Origin: a virus
Lineage: Duplodnaviria; Caudoviricetes
Virus record (IMG/VR): IMGVR_UViG_3300029955_000001
Strand: one strand, 5' to 3'
DNA: 64,000 nt
Under the pieces are notes generated by a model. It worked only from the letters and a program-made list of their open reading frames with translations, did not search any database and was not told the DNA's origin. The translations under genes were made by a program, and so were the position numbers. Shown here in pieces: positions 1 through 9,417 of the stretch (positions are counted from its first letter, which is position 1; each line of letters opens with the position of its first letter).

Positions 1-156
1 CGCAATGGCTATGTTTGCATCAGCTTGGGTTGCGTAATTAATAACAAATACATCTGAACTAACCCCAATCTCGTACAGTGTCATATTTTCTTTTGAATTG
101 AGATAAACCATATTCCAATTCAACGAATTCATCAAAAACAGTAAATAGACATTCAT
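1..156 (-). CDS. Partial hypothetical protein (MNVYLLFLMNSLNWNMVYL..., runs off the window edge)
   Basis: Manual translation: ATG at 156, purine-rich leader, frame open to position 1; putative promoter motif at 178-188. Confidence 0.5.
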   Translation of the reverse strand, partial: MNVYLLFLMNSLNWNMVYLNSKENMTLYEIGVSSDVFVINYATQADANIAIA

Positions 157-177
157 GGCAAAGCCCTTCTCGTAACA

Positions 178-188
178 GTGATATATTA
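178..188 (-). promoter_or_regulatory. Putative phage early promoter core TAATATATCAC
   Basis: Same motif recurs upstream of minus-strand genes at 11200-11210 and 16137-16146; resembles the phiKZ early promoter TATATTAC. Confidence 0.45.
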
Positions 189-300
189 GTGAAAAATTTT
201 AAGATAGACAATATGTCTCTGTACTATAGAGCCGTCTTGTTTATTTTAACTGAGCAAATAAAAAAAAATTAGATTTCTTTATCTATAAAATTAAAGCATA

Positions 301-330
301 CAGTACTGCGTGATTTATCACGCAGTACTG
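301..330 (-). terminator. Intrinsic terminator hairpin (13-bp perfect stem, 4-nt loop)
   Basis: CAGTACTGCGTGA-ttta-TCACGCAGTACTG directly after the stop of 339..1061; followed on the minus strand by TATGCTTT. Confidence 0.8.
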
Positions 331-338
331 AGTTATAT

Positions 339-1061
339 TTAACTATTATTACGTAACTCGTATTCCAAATAGAAACGCGACCAGTCTTCTAATTTACCAA
401 CATCACTAGAAATTTCATGCAGTATATCATCTGCGGTCATGAATCCTAACAACAGTAATTCATCTTCGTTACTTAAAACTTCAAGATCTTCAGGGACAGT
501 GACTGACATTACTACACCAACATGAACAGCATGAACTTCGTGATTAAGAAGAATAATTAAGTCTTCTGATTGGATTGGAATTTGTCCCAGTGCAAAAGAT
601 GCCGTGGCTGTATCACTTCTTAATTCTTCATCACGTTCACGGAAAGCAGCGTCATGAATAGTTTGAGCCAAATTAATTACAGAATCGCTATTATGAACGA
701 TATCCATTAAGTCGATATGTCCGCCAAATCCAATACTTATCTTTTCAGCTAATTTCTTTTCACCTACCCCTTTACCACGTTTATATGCAAGATATCGAAC
801 AACACCATCTTTACCTAATTGTTTAATAATTAGATACGGAATAATTTGCCGATATGATTTATCTTCTTCTAACACAGAACGCTGCTTAATTGCAAGATGG
901 CTGATTACTTCTTCGATGAATTTACTTAGTGAAAACTTTGTAACACCCACACGAAAATCTGTTGCGAAGTGTCTTACGCCCTGATCGTTATGATTTTCGA
1001 AATACTTAGTCTCGGCAGCGAGTATAAACTGAGAGTGTTTCTTTGGAGCTAATGCGCTCAT
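339..1061 (-). CDS. Nudix/MutT-family phosphoesterase (COG4112/YmaB-like)
   Basis: E-E-D-x-S-Y-R-Q-I-I-P-Y, Y-K-R-G...E-K-K-L...S-I-G-F-G-G-H-I-D and the Nudix-like helix AAFRERDEEL. Confidence 0.8.
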   Translation of the reverse strand: MSALAPKKHSQFILAAETKYFENHNDQGVRHFATDFRVGVTKFSLSKFIEEVISHLAIKQRSVLEEDKSYRQIIPYLIIKQLGKDGVVRYLAYKRGKGVGEKKLAEKISIGFGGHIDLMDIVHNSDSVINLAQTIHDAAFRERDEELRSDTATASFALGQIPIQSEDLIILLNHEVHAVHVGVVMSVTVPEDLEVLSNEDELLLLGFMTADDILHEISSDVGKLEDWSRFYLEYELRNNS

Positions 1062-1120
1062 TTTCTGTTCCTATATTTAAAAATGTAAATCTAAGCTTTG
1101 TTTGCTTTTCTATGAGCATA

Positions 1121-2077
1121 TCACTTTTTCATACTGACGCCATTTCGATGTGCATATTCGTATAGAAATAGATCAGTGCGAAGTTCATCAATAGTAAGTG
1201 GAACGTAATGCGACGTATCAGTTTCATCTCTACGACCTACTAGTTTATTTGGGTCAGATGATTTGTAGAAGTATGATGCTAGTTTTTCTTTATGATCAGG
1301 AAGAACATTTACAGCCAGTTCATCTCTTTTAGCTGATAGAAATGTACGAACGTCGTCTTGTGATCCAAATAGGTCTTCTAAGAATGCTAAAACAATTTCA
1401 GTCGGGACATTGATCTTAGCCATTTCTTCGTGAAGAAGTTGTTTGCCTTTTTGAACTGCTGCTGGAATACTTTCTTTCCAACTAACAGTAGTTGTAAGAT
1501 AATGCAATCCTCTTGCGTATTCTATTGTTATGGCATATACGTCATCTGCGAATTGTGAAAACGTAGCATTTGTTTCTACATGATAAGTTTGTTCGTGTAA
1601 TCTCTGAGATAGTTTGCATAATTGAGAAAAGTCGTTATGTTCTTCTGTTTTTAAGAAATGTTCAAGTAAACAAACAGTGCTCAGTACATCAGGGATAAAG
1701 TTAATAATCTCTTTACCTTTAATCAACTGTCCTTCGATAGTAATGAGACCATAAATAGCACCACATCCCATAATGTCAAATGCGTGCCCTGGTGTTCCGT
1801 CTACCCATTGATCGGCATCTAATGGATTCATCTTTTCCAGAGGACCACCTTGACGAAAATATCTAGTAGTAACAACAAATTCACCAGCGCGTCTATCACA
1901 AGGTACTGTATGATCCCAAGGTTCTACCTTTTCAGCATCGTAGAACGCACGTGCTTCTTCTAAAGTATAGAAAGGCCCGAACTGTTTACGGTTAACAGGT
2001 GGGAAAAAATCTTTCTGAGGTTGTAGAAAAATTAAGGCGCCATAGATAGCAGTGCCTGAGATTTGGTAGCGAGTCAT
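1121..2077 (-). CDS. Hypothetical phage protein
   Basis: 318-aa ORF with AAGGA SD; start overlaps the stop of the upstream small ORF. Confidence 0.75.
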   Translation of the reverse strand: MTRYQISGTAIYGALIFLQPQKDFFPPVNRKQFGPFYTLEEARAFYDAEKVEPWDHTVPCDRRAGEFVVTTRYFRQGGPLEKMNPLDADQWVDGTPGHAFDIMGCGAIYGLITIEGQLIKGKEIINFIPDVLSTVCLLEHFLKTEEHNDFSQLCKLSQRLHEQTYHVETNATFSQFADDVYAITIEYARGLHYLTTTVSWKESIPAAVQKGKQLLHEEMAKINVPTEIVLAFLEDLFGSQDDVRTFLSAKRDELAVNVLPDHKEKLASYFYKSSDPNKLVGRRDETDTSHYVPLTIDELRTDLFLYEYAHRNGVSMKK

Positions 2078-2211
2078 TATTTATCCTTTGTTTGGCTGTT
2101 AATAAAATATTCGTTCATCTTACGTAAGTTTTCAAAATACTGAAAATAAGCACTTGTCCATACGTTCATGATTTCGCGGGCAAGAATATAAGTTGGAAAT
2201 GATATAAACAT
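2077..2211 (-). CDS. Small hypothetical protein (44 aa, MFISFPTYILAREIMNVW...)
   Basis: Manual translation; AAGGAATAAAA-ATG; TAATG coupling to the next gene. Confidence 0.55.
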   Translation of the reverse strand: MFISFPTYILAREIMNVWTSAYFQYFENLRKMNEYFINSQTKDK

Positions 2212-2221
2212 TTTTATTCCT

Positions 2222-2530
2222 TTATTTGAAACTGGTTATTTCGGTATCTCTCCATTCGGAATTACCGGCTGCATCCTCAAACTTCTGTTGCATACGCTTA
2301 CGTTTAACACCAGATATCAACGCTTTAATGAAACCAATTTTTAGTATCCTGAATTCTAAAGTAGGCTTCATTAAACGTTTATTTTCTTTTTCTTTTACGT
2401 TTTGCATAATTGTATCAAAACGAGCGCGGTCAAAGCGTTTACCAAGTTCGTATGTAATTTGTCCAGCAATCTCTGGTGTGACATACTCTTCGAAATACTG
2501 CCGCGTGTTACATACTTTAGCATTATCCAT
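2222..2530 (-). CDS. Hypothetical protein
   Basis: 102-aa ORF, co-oriented and tightly packed. Confidence 0.65.
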   Translation of the reverse strand: MDNAKVCNTRQYFEEYVTPEIAGQITYELGKRFDRARFDTIMQNVKEKENKRLMKPTLEFRILKIGFIKALISGVKRKRMQQKFEDAAGNSEWRDTEITSFK

Positions 2531-2595
2531 TTATATCACCTTCATTAAAAGTATTTCTATTAGTACAAGTATATTTAGAAGTTATTCGTGGTATT

Positions 2596-3738
2596 TCAGT
2601 TAATACAAACAGCTTCTTTTTCTGTTTTTATTTCATTCCACAGTGCAGAAAGTGCTTGACTTGTTGTTTGAATAACGAAAATCTGAGATTCTCGTCTTAC
2701 AGCAGAAGGTTCTACGCGTGTCATTAAGTTATTAATTTTAGTAACAAACGTTGTCTCACGAGAAGGATAACTACCTTTTGTATTAGTGAACGTTAACTCG
2801 TACATTGTGCCGAACCGTAATTGAATAAAAGAACAATCTCCTTGGTTAGCATATCTTGCAACAGCATGCACGGAATCATCCTTTATTACTTTACCCGCTA
2901 CTACAGAACATGACTTCGGCAACACTGCTTCGTTATTGAAAATTTCAAAACTTAGTTCTGTTAATTTATTTAGTTCTTTTTCAAAAACAAATTCATCATT
3001 TACGGGTTCTGCTTCGTCATACGCTATTTTAAATTCTTTTTCAAATTCCTCTTTTAACCCCACAAACGTATAAGTTCCATCTGATTGTACCCATGATTTT
3101 TCTAATGGATGGTAGTACCATAAATTAGGATTAGCGTTAGGAACTACAATAAAAATCGCTTCTAGCGTAATTAAAGCAGACAGTGGTAGCTTAGCTCTTA
3201 GAACAATAGTAACGTCTTCCGTACTACCACTATCACCATATAAGCCTGTTGCGATTTCTCCAATTACATTGTGCGAAGCAGGAACACCGTTAACTACTAA
3301 CGGAGGTTTGACGTTTTTAAACACACTGCGTTTAACAGAGGCCATTATGCTGCCTAAAAGTAAACTTAACTCATTATTAAGCACTACGTCGTTAGTTGGA
3401 TGAAAATTAAATAATTCAATTGCTTCCTTTAATCGCGGGGATGGTTCTGGTCCGAATACTTCAGAATAGTTTAAATATTCTTTAAGTTTAGAAGCGAACG
3501 AACCATCCCCTTCAAATACGCATTTTACATTAGCTTTATCTGATCGAAACTCATTAATGGCACTTTCAAATCGTGTATTTGTTTCAATGAACATCTGCTT
3601 GTCATTAGGAAACAGTAAACCAAGATTTTGCATTAATTGACCAAAGATAGTTACAACGATATTGATTTCTTTCTCTGGCCGTGAGTCTACACGCAACTTA
3701 TCAAGTAGTTCTAATAATTCCATTTCGCATTCTTTCAT
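2596..3738 (-). CDS. Hypothetical protein
   Basis: 380-aa ORF in an operon-like run. Confidence 0.75.
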   Translation of the reverse strand: MKECEMELLELLDKLRVDSRPEKEINIVVTIFGQLMQNLGLLFPNDKQMFIETNTRFESAINEFRSDKANVKCVFEGDGSFASKLKEYLNYSEVFGPEPSPRLKEAIELFNFHPTNDVVLNNELSLLLGSIMASVKRSVFKNVKPPLVVNGVPASHNVIGEIATGLYGDSGSTEDVTIVLRAKLPLSALITLEAIFIVVPNANPNLWYYHPLEKSWVQSDGTYTFVGLKEEFEKEFKIAYDEAEPVNDEFVFEKELNKLTELSFEIFNNEAVLPKSCSVVAGKVIKDDSVHAVARYANQGDCSFIQLRFGTMYELTFTNTKGSYPSRETTFVTKINNLMTRVEPSAVRRESQIFVIQTTSQALSALWNEIKTEKEAVCIN

Positions 3739-3740
3739 CT

Positions 3741-4430
3741 TTACATTTCCAAGGAATCATCTTTTAACAAAAACTTAGGAATGCCAGTTAGTACAAAATC
3801 ACTAGTAGCTTGGGTTCCTTCTGGCAATATTGATTCTACCCATACATCTTCAGAATATAATTCTGGTATACTGGTATTGCCTGTCTTTTTAATAATTTGA
3901 TTTGCGTATGCTGCAATTTCGAATGCTTCGACCCGGTCAACATAACGAAACTTACTAGTTAAGAAACCTTGATCATCTGTATACTTACAAGATTTTCCAT
4001 TTACTCCAAGTTCACCCATTCCCCAAATAACATGATGATGTCTTCCTGGTCTAGGTACTTGAAATATAAGGCCAGACGGATGTCGAATAGCAGAAGCTAA
4101 AATTGTTTCAAAACTATTAGAATCCTCACAAACGGATTTGTGATATAACGTAGACCACGCGCGCTGTGTACCATACAGCAACATGTATTTTACAGATTGT
4201 ACATTAATTGGTTTACTTTCTATTTTTCTGTAAAATACTTCTACCAGTAATTTATTTACGTTAACCCTTAAAAATAATTTAATATATATTAACACTGGTA
4301 ATATAGCAAAACATCCTATAACAGGATGACTTGTATGAAGTGTATAATTGACGATTAAAAATAAACTAATCAAATAAAACACATACAAGACGAAATTCGT
4401 TTTTCCAATAAACCACAATGTCCATTTCAT
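3741..4430 (-). CDS. Membrane-anchored protein with a conserved phage domain (SAIRH...RHHH...QGFLTS...RYVDRVEA...LYSEDVW)
   Basis: Two N-terminal hydrophobic helices; C-terminal motif set typical of a widespread uncharacterised phage domain. Confidence 0.7.
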   Translation of the reverse strand: MKWTLWFIGKTNFVLYVFYLISLFLIVNYTLHTSHPVIGCFAILPVLIYIKLFLRVNVNKLLVEVFYRKIESKPINVQSVKYMLLYGTQRAWSTLYHKSVCEDSNSFETILASAIRHPSGLIFQVPRPGRHHHVIWGMGELGVNGKSCKYTDDQGFLTSKFRYVDRVEAFEIAAYANQIIKKTGNTSIPELYSEDVWVESILPEGTQATSDFVLTGIPKFLLKDDSLEM

Positions 4431-4439
4431 TTTATTCTC

Positions 4440-4765
4440 CTAATATCTTTTAAAACCGTTATCAAGTAAATTCGAAAGAAGAAGCACTTTACGTTTACAC
4501 AATAATCCGTAAGTCTTTCTTGATTCTTGTTCTGATTTTTGGATTAAGTTATAAACTTCATTACGATTGGGGCAAATGAAAACGCCCCATTCATTAAAGA
4601 TAAAACCATATGACAATCTGATTATACGAGTGTCTATTTTTCTTCATCGAATAAATGGAAAGCGTTGCTCCATTCACGACCATCAACTTCTCGATAGATA
4701 CTTGCTATTTCATTATTGTTTTTATGTATTCGATTTGAAAATAAATCAAGAACACTTTGTGACAT
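4440..4765 (-). pseudogene. Hypothetical gene broken by a frameshift in an A5 run (or a sequencing error)
   Basis: GGAGAATAAA-ATG at 4765 reads MSQSVLDLFSNR...FDEEK then TAG; the -1 frame continues IDTRIIRLSYGF...GFKRY to TAG at 4440; the junction is the T5 run at 4637-4641. Confidence 0.55.
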
Positions 4766-4778
4766 TTTATTCTCCATT

Positions 4779-5153
4779 TTAATTTGGATTGAGTAGATAT
4801 TCTCTTATTTTTTTCTTTGCTATTTCAACATCAGCTTTATATCCAATGCCTTGACAATGTGAAGATATTTCATTATGTAATTCTTCTATTAAAGCCATTG
4901 TCTTATCAGCTTGTTCAATAGTCAAACCTTTAGCTGGATATTTTGGATCAACTACCTTCACTGGTAAAATATCATACTTAAAACCATTCCAATGATACTC
5001 GAGTTTAGTATGACTGGAATAATACGTTACTCCAGCAGTACCTATTTTTGGAAAATGTGATTCATTTTCATATTCTCGTTTAAGAGGTAAAGACAGATAT
5101 ACTTCTTTTTTATTATAAGCAGGATAAGTAACAGTCATTATGTCAATATTCAT
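4779..5153 (-). CDS. Hypothetical protein
   Basis: 124-aa ORF, TAATG-coupled to the upstream gene. Confidence 0.65.
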   Translation of the reverse strand: MNIDIMTVTYPAYNKKEVYLSLPLKREYENESHFPKIGTAGVTYYSSHTKLEYHWNGFKYDILPVKVVDPKYPAKGLTIEQADKTMALIEELHNEISSHCQGIGYKADVEIAKKKIREYLLNPN

Positions 5154-5428
5154 TAACGTTCCTTTATTTCTTTTAAGGTATTCGTTGTCGAGTCAAATTT
5201 AAATAGAGATATTTTAGATGTCTCATTGTCAACAATCGATAACGTAATATCATCCGATAGTGGGATTGGTTGATTTATGCACTTTTCTCTCTCTTGTTTA
5301 CCTTTTGTTATTTTAGCATTAAGATTAACCAAAGCATAAAACAAAACAGCAATAAACGCACCGCCAATAGCGTATCCAATTAATAGAAAAGTAATTAACC
5401 ACTCAGAAACTGTTAAGGGAATGTTCAT
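5153..5428 (-). CDS. Small single-pass membrane protein
   Basis: Hydrophobic stretch WLITFLLIGYAIGGAFIAVLFYALV. Confidence 0.65.
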   Translation of the reverse strand: MNIPLTVSEWLITFLLIGYAIGGAFIAVLFYALVNLNAKITKGKQEREKCINQPIPLSDDITLSIVDNETSKISLFKFDSTTNTLKEIKER

Positions 5429-5478
5429 TTGGTTTTATGCGAGATACCTCGCTATTTATTGCGAGGAGGGATAGCATA

Positions 5479-5504
5479 TAGGGTAATGTAGTCACATTAC
5501 CCTA
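5479..5504 (-). terminator. Hairpin (11-bp stem) downstream of the IscB-derived gene
   Basis: TAGGGTAATGT-agtc-ACATTACCCTA; minus-strand 3' tail ATATGCT. Confidence 0.6.
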
Positions 5505-5539
5505 CCCTCACGCATTCCTTTCTATAGTAGCTATCATGA

Positions 5540-6473
5540 TTATATTGGTACAGCTATGTTTTTACCACCAGACATAGATAGATAGTGATATAGTTGTAAA
5601 CAGTAAGAATAACCATCATTCTTTTGAATGAGTGCACACTGGTTCCATTTAATAGATATTGGTTTATCATTAAATATTACTGAAAAATACCCACTAGCTC
5701 TAATCACTACTCTACTAAAAATAGCTTTATTAACATAGCCTAATGTCGTTTTAATTTCTCTAGTAAACTTTACTAAATCACCAGTAGCAAATCAAAAGAC
5801 ACGTTTAGACATTTTACTAATAGTACGAGGGAATCCGTATTGATCTGGTTTAGTACGCTGGTATTGTCCTCGTCCTGTACATTTAATTTCTAGATGTGGT
5901 CTACGCCAGTTATTTACTACTAAAACATTACCGACACAAGCAGCATCTAAGGCATGGGTCTTAGGTATATTAAAATTATGTCGATTATATTTAGTTTGAC
6001 TACCAGATCCTGTATTCACTGGTAATCCAGTATTTATACATTCTAAATATAATTGATTACGCGTAGCATTGACAGCAGCAGCATCGCGTAGTGGTTTTTG
6101 AGCAGTAGATAATATCTTTTTCAGTAATTCAGGCTTATCTTTTAAAAACACTTCTATCAGTATATTACTTTTCTTTTGATTACAATCATGACAGGCTATG
6201 CCTAAATTGGATACACGATTAGATCCACCTCGACTACGCGCTACTATATGCTCAATTTCTAATGGTCGATCATTTTCTGTCTTACAATACATACATTGAT
6301 GATCGTATTTCTCTAGTAGATATTCTTTTACGTCGTAATTAAACAATGTACCCTGTTGATATTCAATACCTGTAATCTCTGGTTTTACTAACTTTTGCAT
6401 ATCAAATTTGACTCTCTCGATAGCTAACCATGATAATTGGAGGGTATTCAAATGGTGAGTTATAAATAGCCAT
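5540..6473 (-). pseudogene. iscB: N-terminally truncated IscB (IS200/IS605 OMEGA nuclease) derivative: RuvC-II, HNH, RuvC-III and C-terminal domain; one frameshift and one in-frame TGA
   Basis: [91 protein letters not shown]; reading through TGA 5792-5794 gives FATGDLVK..RVVIRASG..QKNDGYSY; SD + ATG at 6473 is one base out of frame. Confidence 0.85.
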
Positions 6474-6506
6474 TTACTCTTCCTTTATTTTAATATATTT
6501 TTATTA

Positions 6507-6764
6507 TTACGTTTGGACAGACACGTTCTCAAATGGGAATGTATCTTTCGTTGGATTTTTAATATAATCAAGTAAGTTTGCGCGCGCAATATTTCGCAAT
6601 ACTTTTAAGCTAGCTGAATCTCTGCTTAAATAATATTCCAAGTATGCTTTAATGGTTTCATCTAACAAATGCTCAACTTTTGGCATTTGTTCTTTACTTA
6701 AACCTTCACGTTGTTCTTCGTCCATCCATTCAGCAAATGTTTTATCAACAAGGTTATGCAACAC
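6507..6764 (-). CDS. Hypothetical protein
   Basis: 85-aa ORF between the nucleotidyltransferase and the IscB derivative. Confidence 0.55.
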   Translation of the reverse strand: MLHNLVDKTFAEWMDEEQREGLSKEQMPKVEHLLDETIKAYLEYYLSRDSASLKVLRNIARANLLDYIKNPTKDTFPFENVSVQT

Positions 6765-6782
6765 GCTATCATCGATGCTCGT

Positions 6783-7835
6783 TTATTTTCCTTTGTCCGC
6801 TTCCCATAAATACTTGCAGTCAGTAATAAACTTCTCAATATGTTCTTGAGTTGTTTGTTCTTGAATAATCCAGTCTGTAAAACTAAATCCTACAGGGGAT
6901 CGAGATTTGCAAAACTCCATGAACTGTCCTAGTTCTTTTCCAACAAAACCAGAAATAGAACCAATAATAAATCCATTCCATTTTGTTTTAATTACTTTTT
7001 GTTGTTTGTGTTTAGCATACTCTAAAGTAAGCTGTTCAGCAAAACCAGGAAATATAGCTGGATTAGTAGCGCATAATAACCAGTAGTTTTTCTCTTCTTC
7101 TCGTTTAACAGATACCTTATCTTGGACATACGCAGACCACTTGTACTTGTCAAGTTCTGGTTTATCTTCTATCCATTTCAGAAACGCTGTATAAGTAGGA
7201 CGTTTAATATCACGAATACGACTAATGTGATTTCTATTATCAAGTTTAAATATCTGACGATGGAAATATGGACTAGAAGCAGCATACTCAAAGACATCTT
7301 CTAACGTTTCGAAACCCTTGATATGCCGCGAGAAATCATAACCAAGGAATTTAAATACAGCACTTACGTCCCTACTTACTAAAACTTCAGCATAAGCATG
7401 CGTTCCGTCTCTCAGTATTTTCCACAGTCCGTTATGCCCGTACTTAAACCCCATTTTGTGCGCTATGCGACCCATTAAATTACCCAGATCATTAAATGCA
7501 AAATATACTTGGGCAAAGAAGAAATCTATCCTGGGCGCTTTGATTAAATCAATTTGCATTCCACGATAGTCAAATGACACTACATCATTATTTAATAAGT
7601 CTTGTGGTTTAAATACAGCACGAATTATGTCTATCCAATTAGGTGGAAGATTATCTGATTCAATAAGAATGTCAGCATCCCCAAATGATTCTTTTGATGA
7701 GTATGCTTCAATTGGATTAGCTAGGCATGTTGGAAAAGCATCGTGCAACTTACTTAAAACGTCACCGACAATCGCAAAATATTCTGTAGTTGTCTTCCTT
7801 GTCACACCTACATGTTTCATCGCGTTACCGCCCAT
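6783..7835 (-). CDS. Pol-beta superfamily nucleotidyltransferase
   Basis: MGGNA start, K-E-S-F-G-D-A-D-I-L (G-D-x-D) motif, third acidic residue in QIDLI, then F-A-F-N-D-L-G-N-L-M-G-R. Confidence 0.8.
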   Translation of the reverse strand: MGGNAMKHVGVTRKTTTEYFAIVGDVLSKLHDAFPTCLANPIEAYSSKESFGDADILIESDNLPPNWIDIIRAVFKPQDLLNNDVVSFDYRGMQIDLIKAPRIDFFFAQVYFAFNDLGNLMGRIAHKMGFKYGHNGLWKILRDGTHAYAEVLVSRDVSAVFKFLGYDFSRHIKGFETLEDVFEYAASSPYFHRQIFKLDNRNHISRIRDIKRPTYTAFLKWIEDKPELDKYKWSAYVQDKVSVKREEEKNYWLLCATNPAIFPGFAEQLTLEYAKHKQQKVIKTKWNGFIIGSISGFVGKELGQFMEFCKSRSPVGFSFTDWIIQEQTTQEHIEKFITDCKYLWEADKGK

Positions 7836-7863
7836 GTTATTTCTCCTTTTATTTTTAACGGAA

Positions 7864-7895
7864 TAAAATGGAAGAACTTTCGTTCTTCCATTTTA
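7864..7895 (-). terminator. Intrinsic terminator (14-bp stem, GAAA loop on the minus strand)
   Basis: TAAAATGGAAGAAC-tttc-GTTCTTCCATTTTA. Confidence 0.75.
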
Positions 7896-7898
7896 TAA

Positions 7899-8432
7899 TT
7901 ACTTTTCTGAATCGCCAAACAATAATTTCTGAGGAATGCTTTTCGTTACGACAGTAAAGTTTTCTTCATCATCAGATGTATAAGCAAGATGAATAATACG
8001 ATCGAAAACATCTGCGTCCCATATACAGTTCTTCATTGGAGCTACACACGGATTACCACCCAAAACATCAATCAATTCTGGGATCTTGCCGTGGTGCCAA
8101 CAAATCGCCACTACTTTTCCTTTATACTTCTTTTTACTAAGTAGACGTTTAGCTAATACACTAAAATCTTCATCAGACCATTTAGTTTCTACTTTAATCT
8201 TAACAGCATCAGCAAATGGCGTAATTGTTTCGATAGGGCGCACACTACCTTTTGATTTTTTAGTGGCTATAACGTGATGCACTTTATGAGAGAATGGTTT
8301 ATATAGCCCTAAGCCTACTGCACGAGTATGCCCGCGTACAGAAAGATTAGGACCGTCGTTAGGTCCATCAACATGCGATTCGCCTGGTTTCTCAGCATGT
8401 CGCACAATAAATATATGCGCTGGGTAAGTCAT
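7899..8432 (-). CDS. Histidine phosphatase superfamily protein (SixA/PGM-like)
   Basis: IFIVRHAEK (RHG-type motif), LSVRGHTRA, RPIETITP, VAICWHHGKIPEL. Confidence 0.85.
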   Translation of the reverse strand: MTYPAHIFIVRHAEKPGESHVDGPNDGPNLSVRGHTRAVGLGLYKPFSHKVHHVIATKKSKGSVRPIETITPFADAVKIKVETKWSDEDFSVLAKRLLSKKKYKGKVVAICWHHGKIPELIDVLGGNPCVAPMKNCIWDADVFDRIIHLAYTSDDEENFTVVTKSIPQKLLFGDSEK

Positions 8433-8485
8433 GTTTAAATTCCTCGTTCAGTGAACACATAGCATTACTGTTGTGTATTTTAAAA

Positions 8486-9019
8486 CTATGTTAATAATCG
8501 TTCTCGGTAGTTTTGGATAGGTGATTCCGCGTCATCGACGCTGCTCCATGTAACCCCTCGTAGCGCCCTAGAGATGTTTGCCTGAGAAGTGTTGTATTTA
8601 GTTTCTAATTCAGCTAATGTCATCTCCATATCCATTTTCTTAATCCGACGCATTTCAATTACTGTCTCAGCATTTAAAACTGTCGTACTACGATTTTTAC
8701 AAGACGATTTTATTGTAGACAAACAACAGTTATTAGGACTGAAATTCTTTGTTACATCTAAACGTATAACTTTAAAAGGAACATTAATTAATTCTGGTTG
8801 GTAAGATAACTCCCTATCTACCCATTTAATGAAATTACATATTCCTTCAGGATTTGTATCTATCCAAACTTTTGCTACTGTAATCCCTTTACCACCGTAA
8901 CTAGGATAATTTTTATTCGAACTATCGTAACAACGCTGGATAAAACTAAGCCATCTAGCGTAATACTTATGTTTTTTCATACCGTGCTTAACTGCGCCGA
9001 GATGATTCATTTTGTGCAC
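8486..9019 (-). CDS. Degenerate HNH homing-endonuclease-like protein with a C-terminal HTH
   Basis: HGMKKHKYYARWLSFIQRCY..NYPSYGGKGITV..W is the typical N-terminus; the catalytic DRIDN..NCRW..N segment has decayed to IRLDV..NCCL; C-terminal LAELETKYNTSQANISRALRGVTW. Confidence 0.7.
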   Translation of the reverse strand: MHKMNHLGAVKHGMKKHKYYARWLSFIQRCYDSSNKNYPSYGGKGITVAKVWIDTNPEGICNFIKWVDRELSYQPELINVPFKVIRLDVTKNFSPNNCCLSTIKSSCKNRSTTVLNAETVIEMRRIKKMDMEMTLAELETKYNTSQANISRALRGVTWSSVDDAESPIQNYRERLLT

Positions 9020-9078
9020 TTTTTAAGAGTGAAAAAATAAAAAAATGTTAAACGGTGGTAGTTTAACATTTTTTCTAG

Positions 9079-9396
9079 TTATTCTTCGCTATCGGAAAAC
9101 GACTGTATAATAATCTCAACTTGTTCAGACAGATTTTTAACTGTCATATCGAGATTTATTTGTTCTCCATCAATTACGATACCGAACTCTTCTTCTAGTC
9201 GTTCTATAAGCGACGCTTCGTCAATATAATCCATTCCAAGGTTATCGCCCAAAACAGATTGAGAATTAACATCATCGGGCGGTGAGTTTGTTATATCGAT
9301 AATAATATTTTTTATTTTATCAAGTACAGTCATTTCGATAGCGTCTTCTATTTCACTTCTGTTCTCAACTACAATATCTAACTCTTCATCAGCCAT
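9079..9396 (-). CDS. ACP-like protein lacking the phosphopantetheine serine (LGMDYID)
   Basis: ACP pattern V.DKIK.II..LGMD-Y-ID...L.ERLEEEFGI.I...MTVK.L; codon TAT at 9226-9228. Confidence 0.8.
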   Translation of the reverse strand: MADEELDIVVENRSEIEDAIEMTVLDKIKNIIIDITNSPPDDVNSQSVLGDNLGMDYIDEASLIERLEEEFGIVIDGEQINLDMTVKNLSEQVEIIIQSFSDSEE

Positions 9397-9417
9397 TATT
9401 ACTCTCCTTTTTTTACT

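Noticed and set aside
5430-5540. omega-RNA or IS200/IS605 end next to IscB
   Set aside because: The omega-RNA should lie 5' of iscB, where only 33 nt are free; the 3' hairpin matches the phage terminator family, and there is no tnpA in the window
5792-5794. TGA recoding (alternative genetic code) suggested by the in-frame TGA in IscB
   Set aside because: TGA ends ordinary genes here (e.g. 1121, 18896), and the IscB TGA aligns to Gly rather than Trp/Sec; a point lesion or homopolymer miscall is simpler
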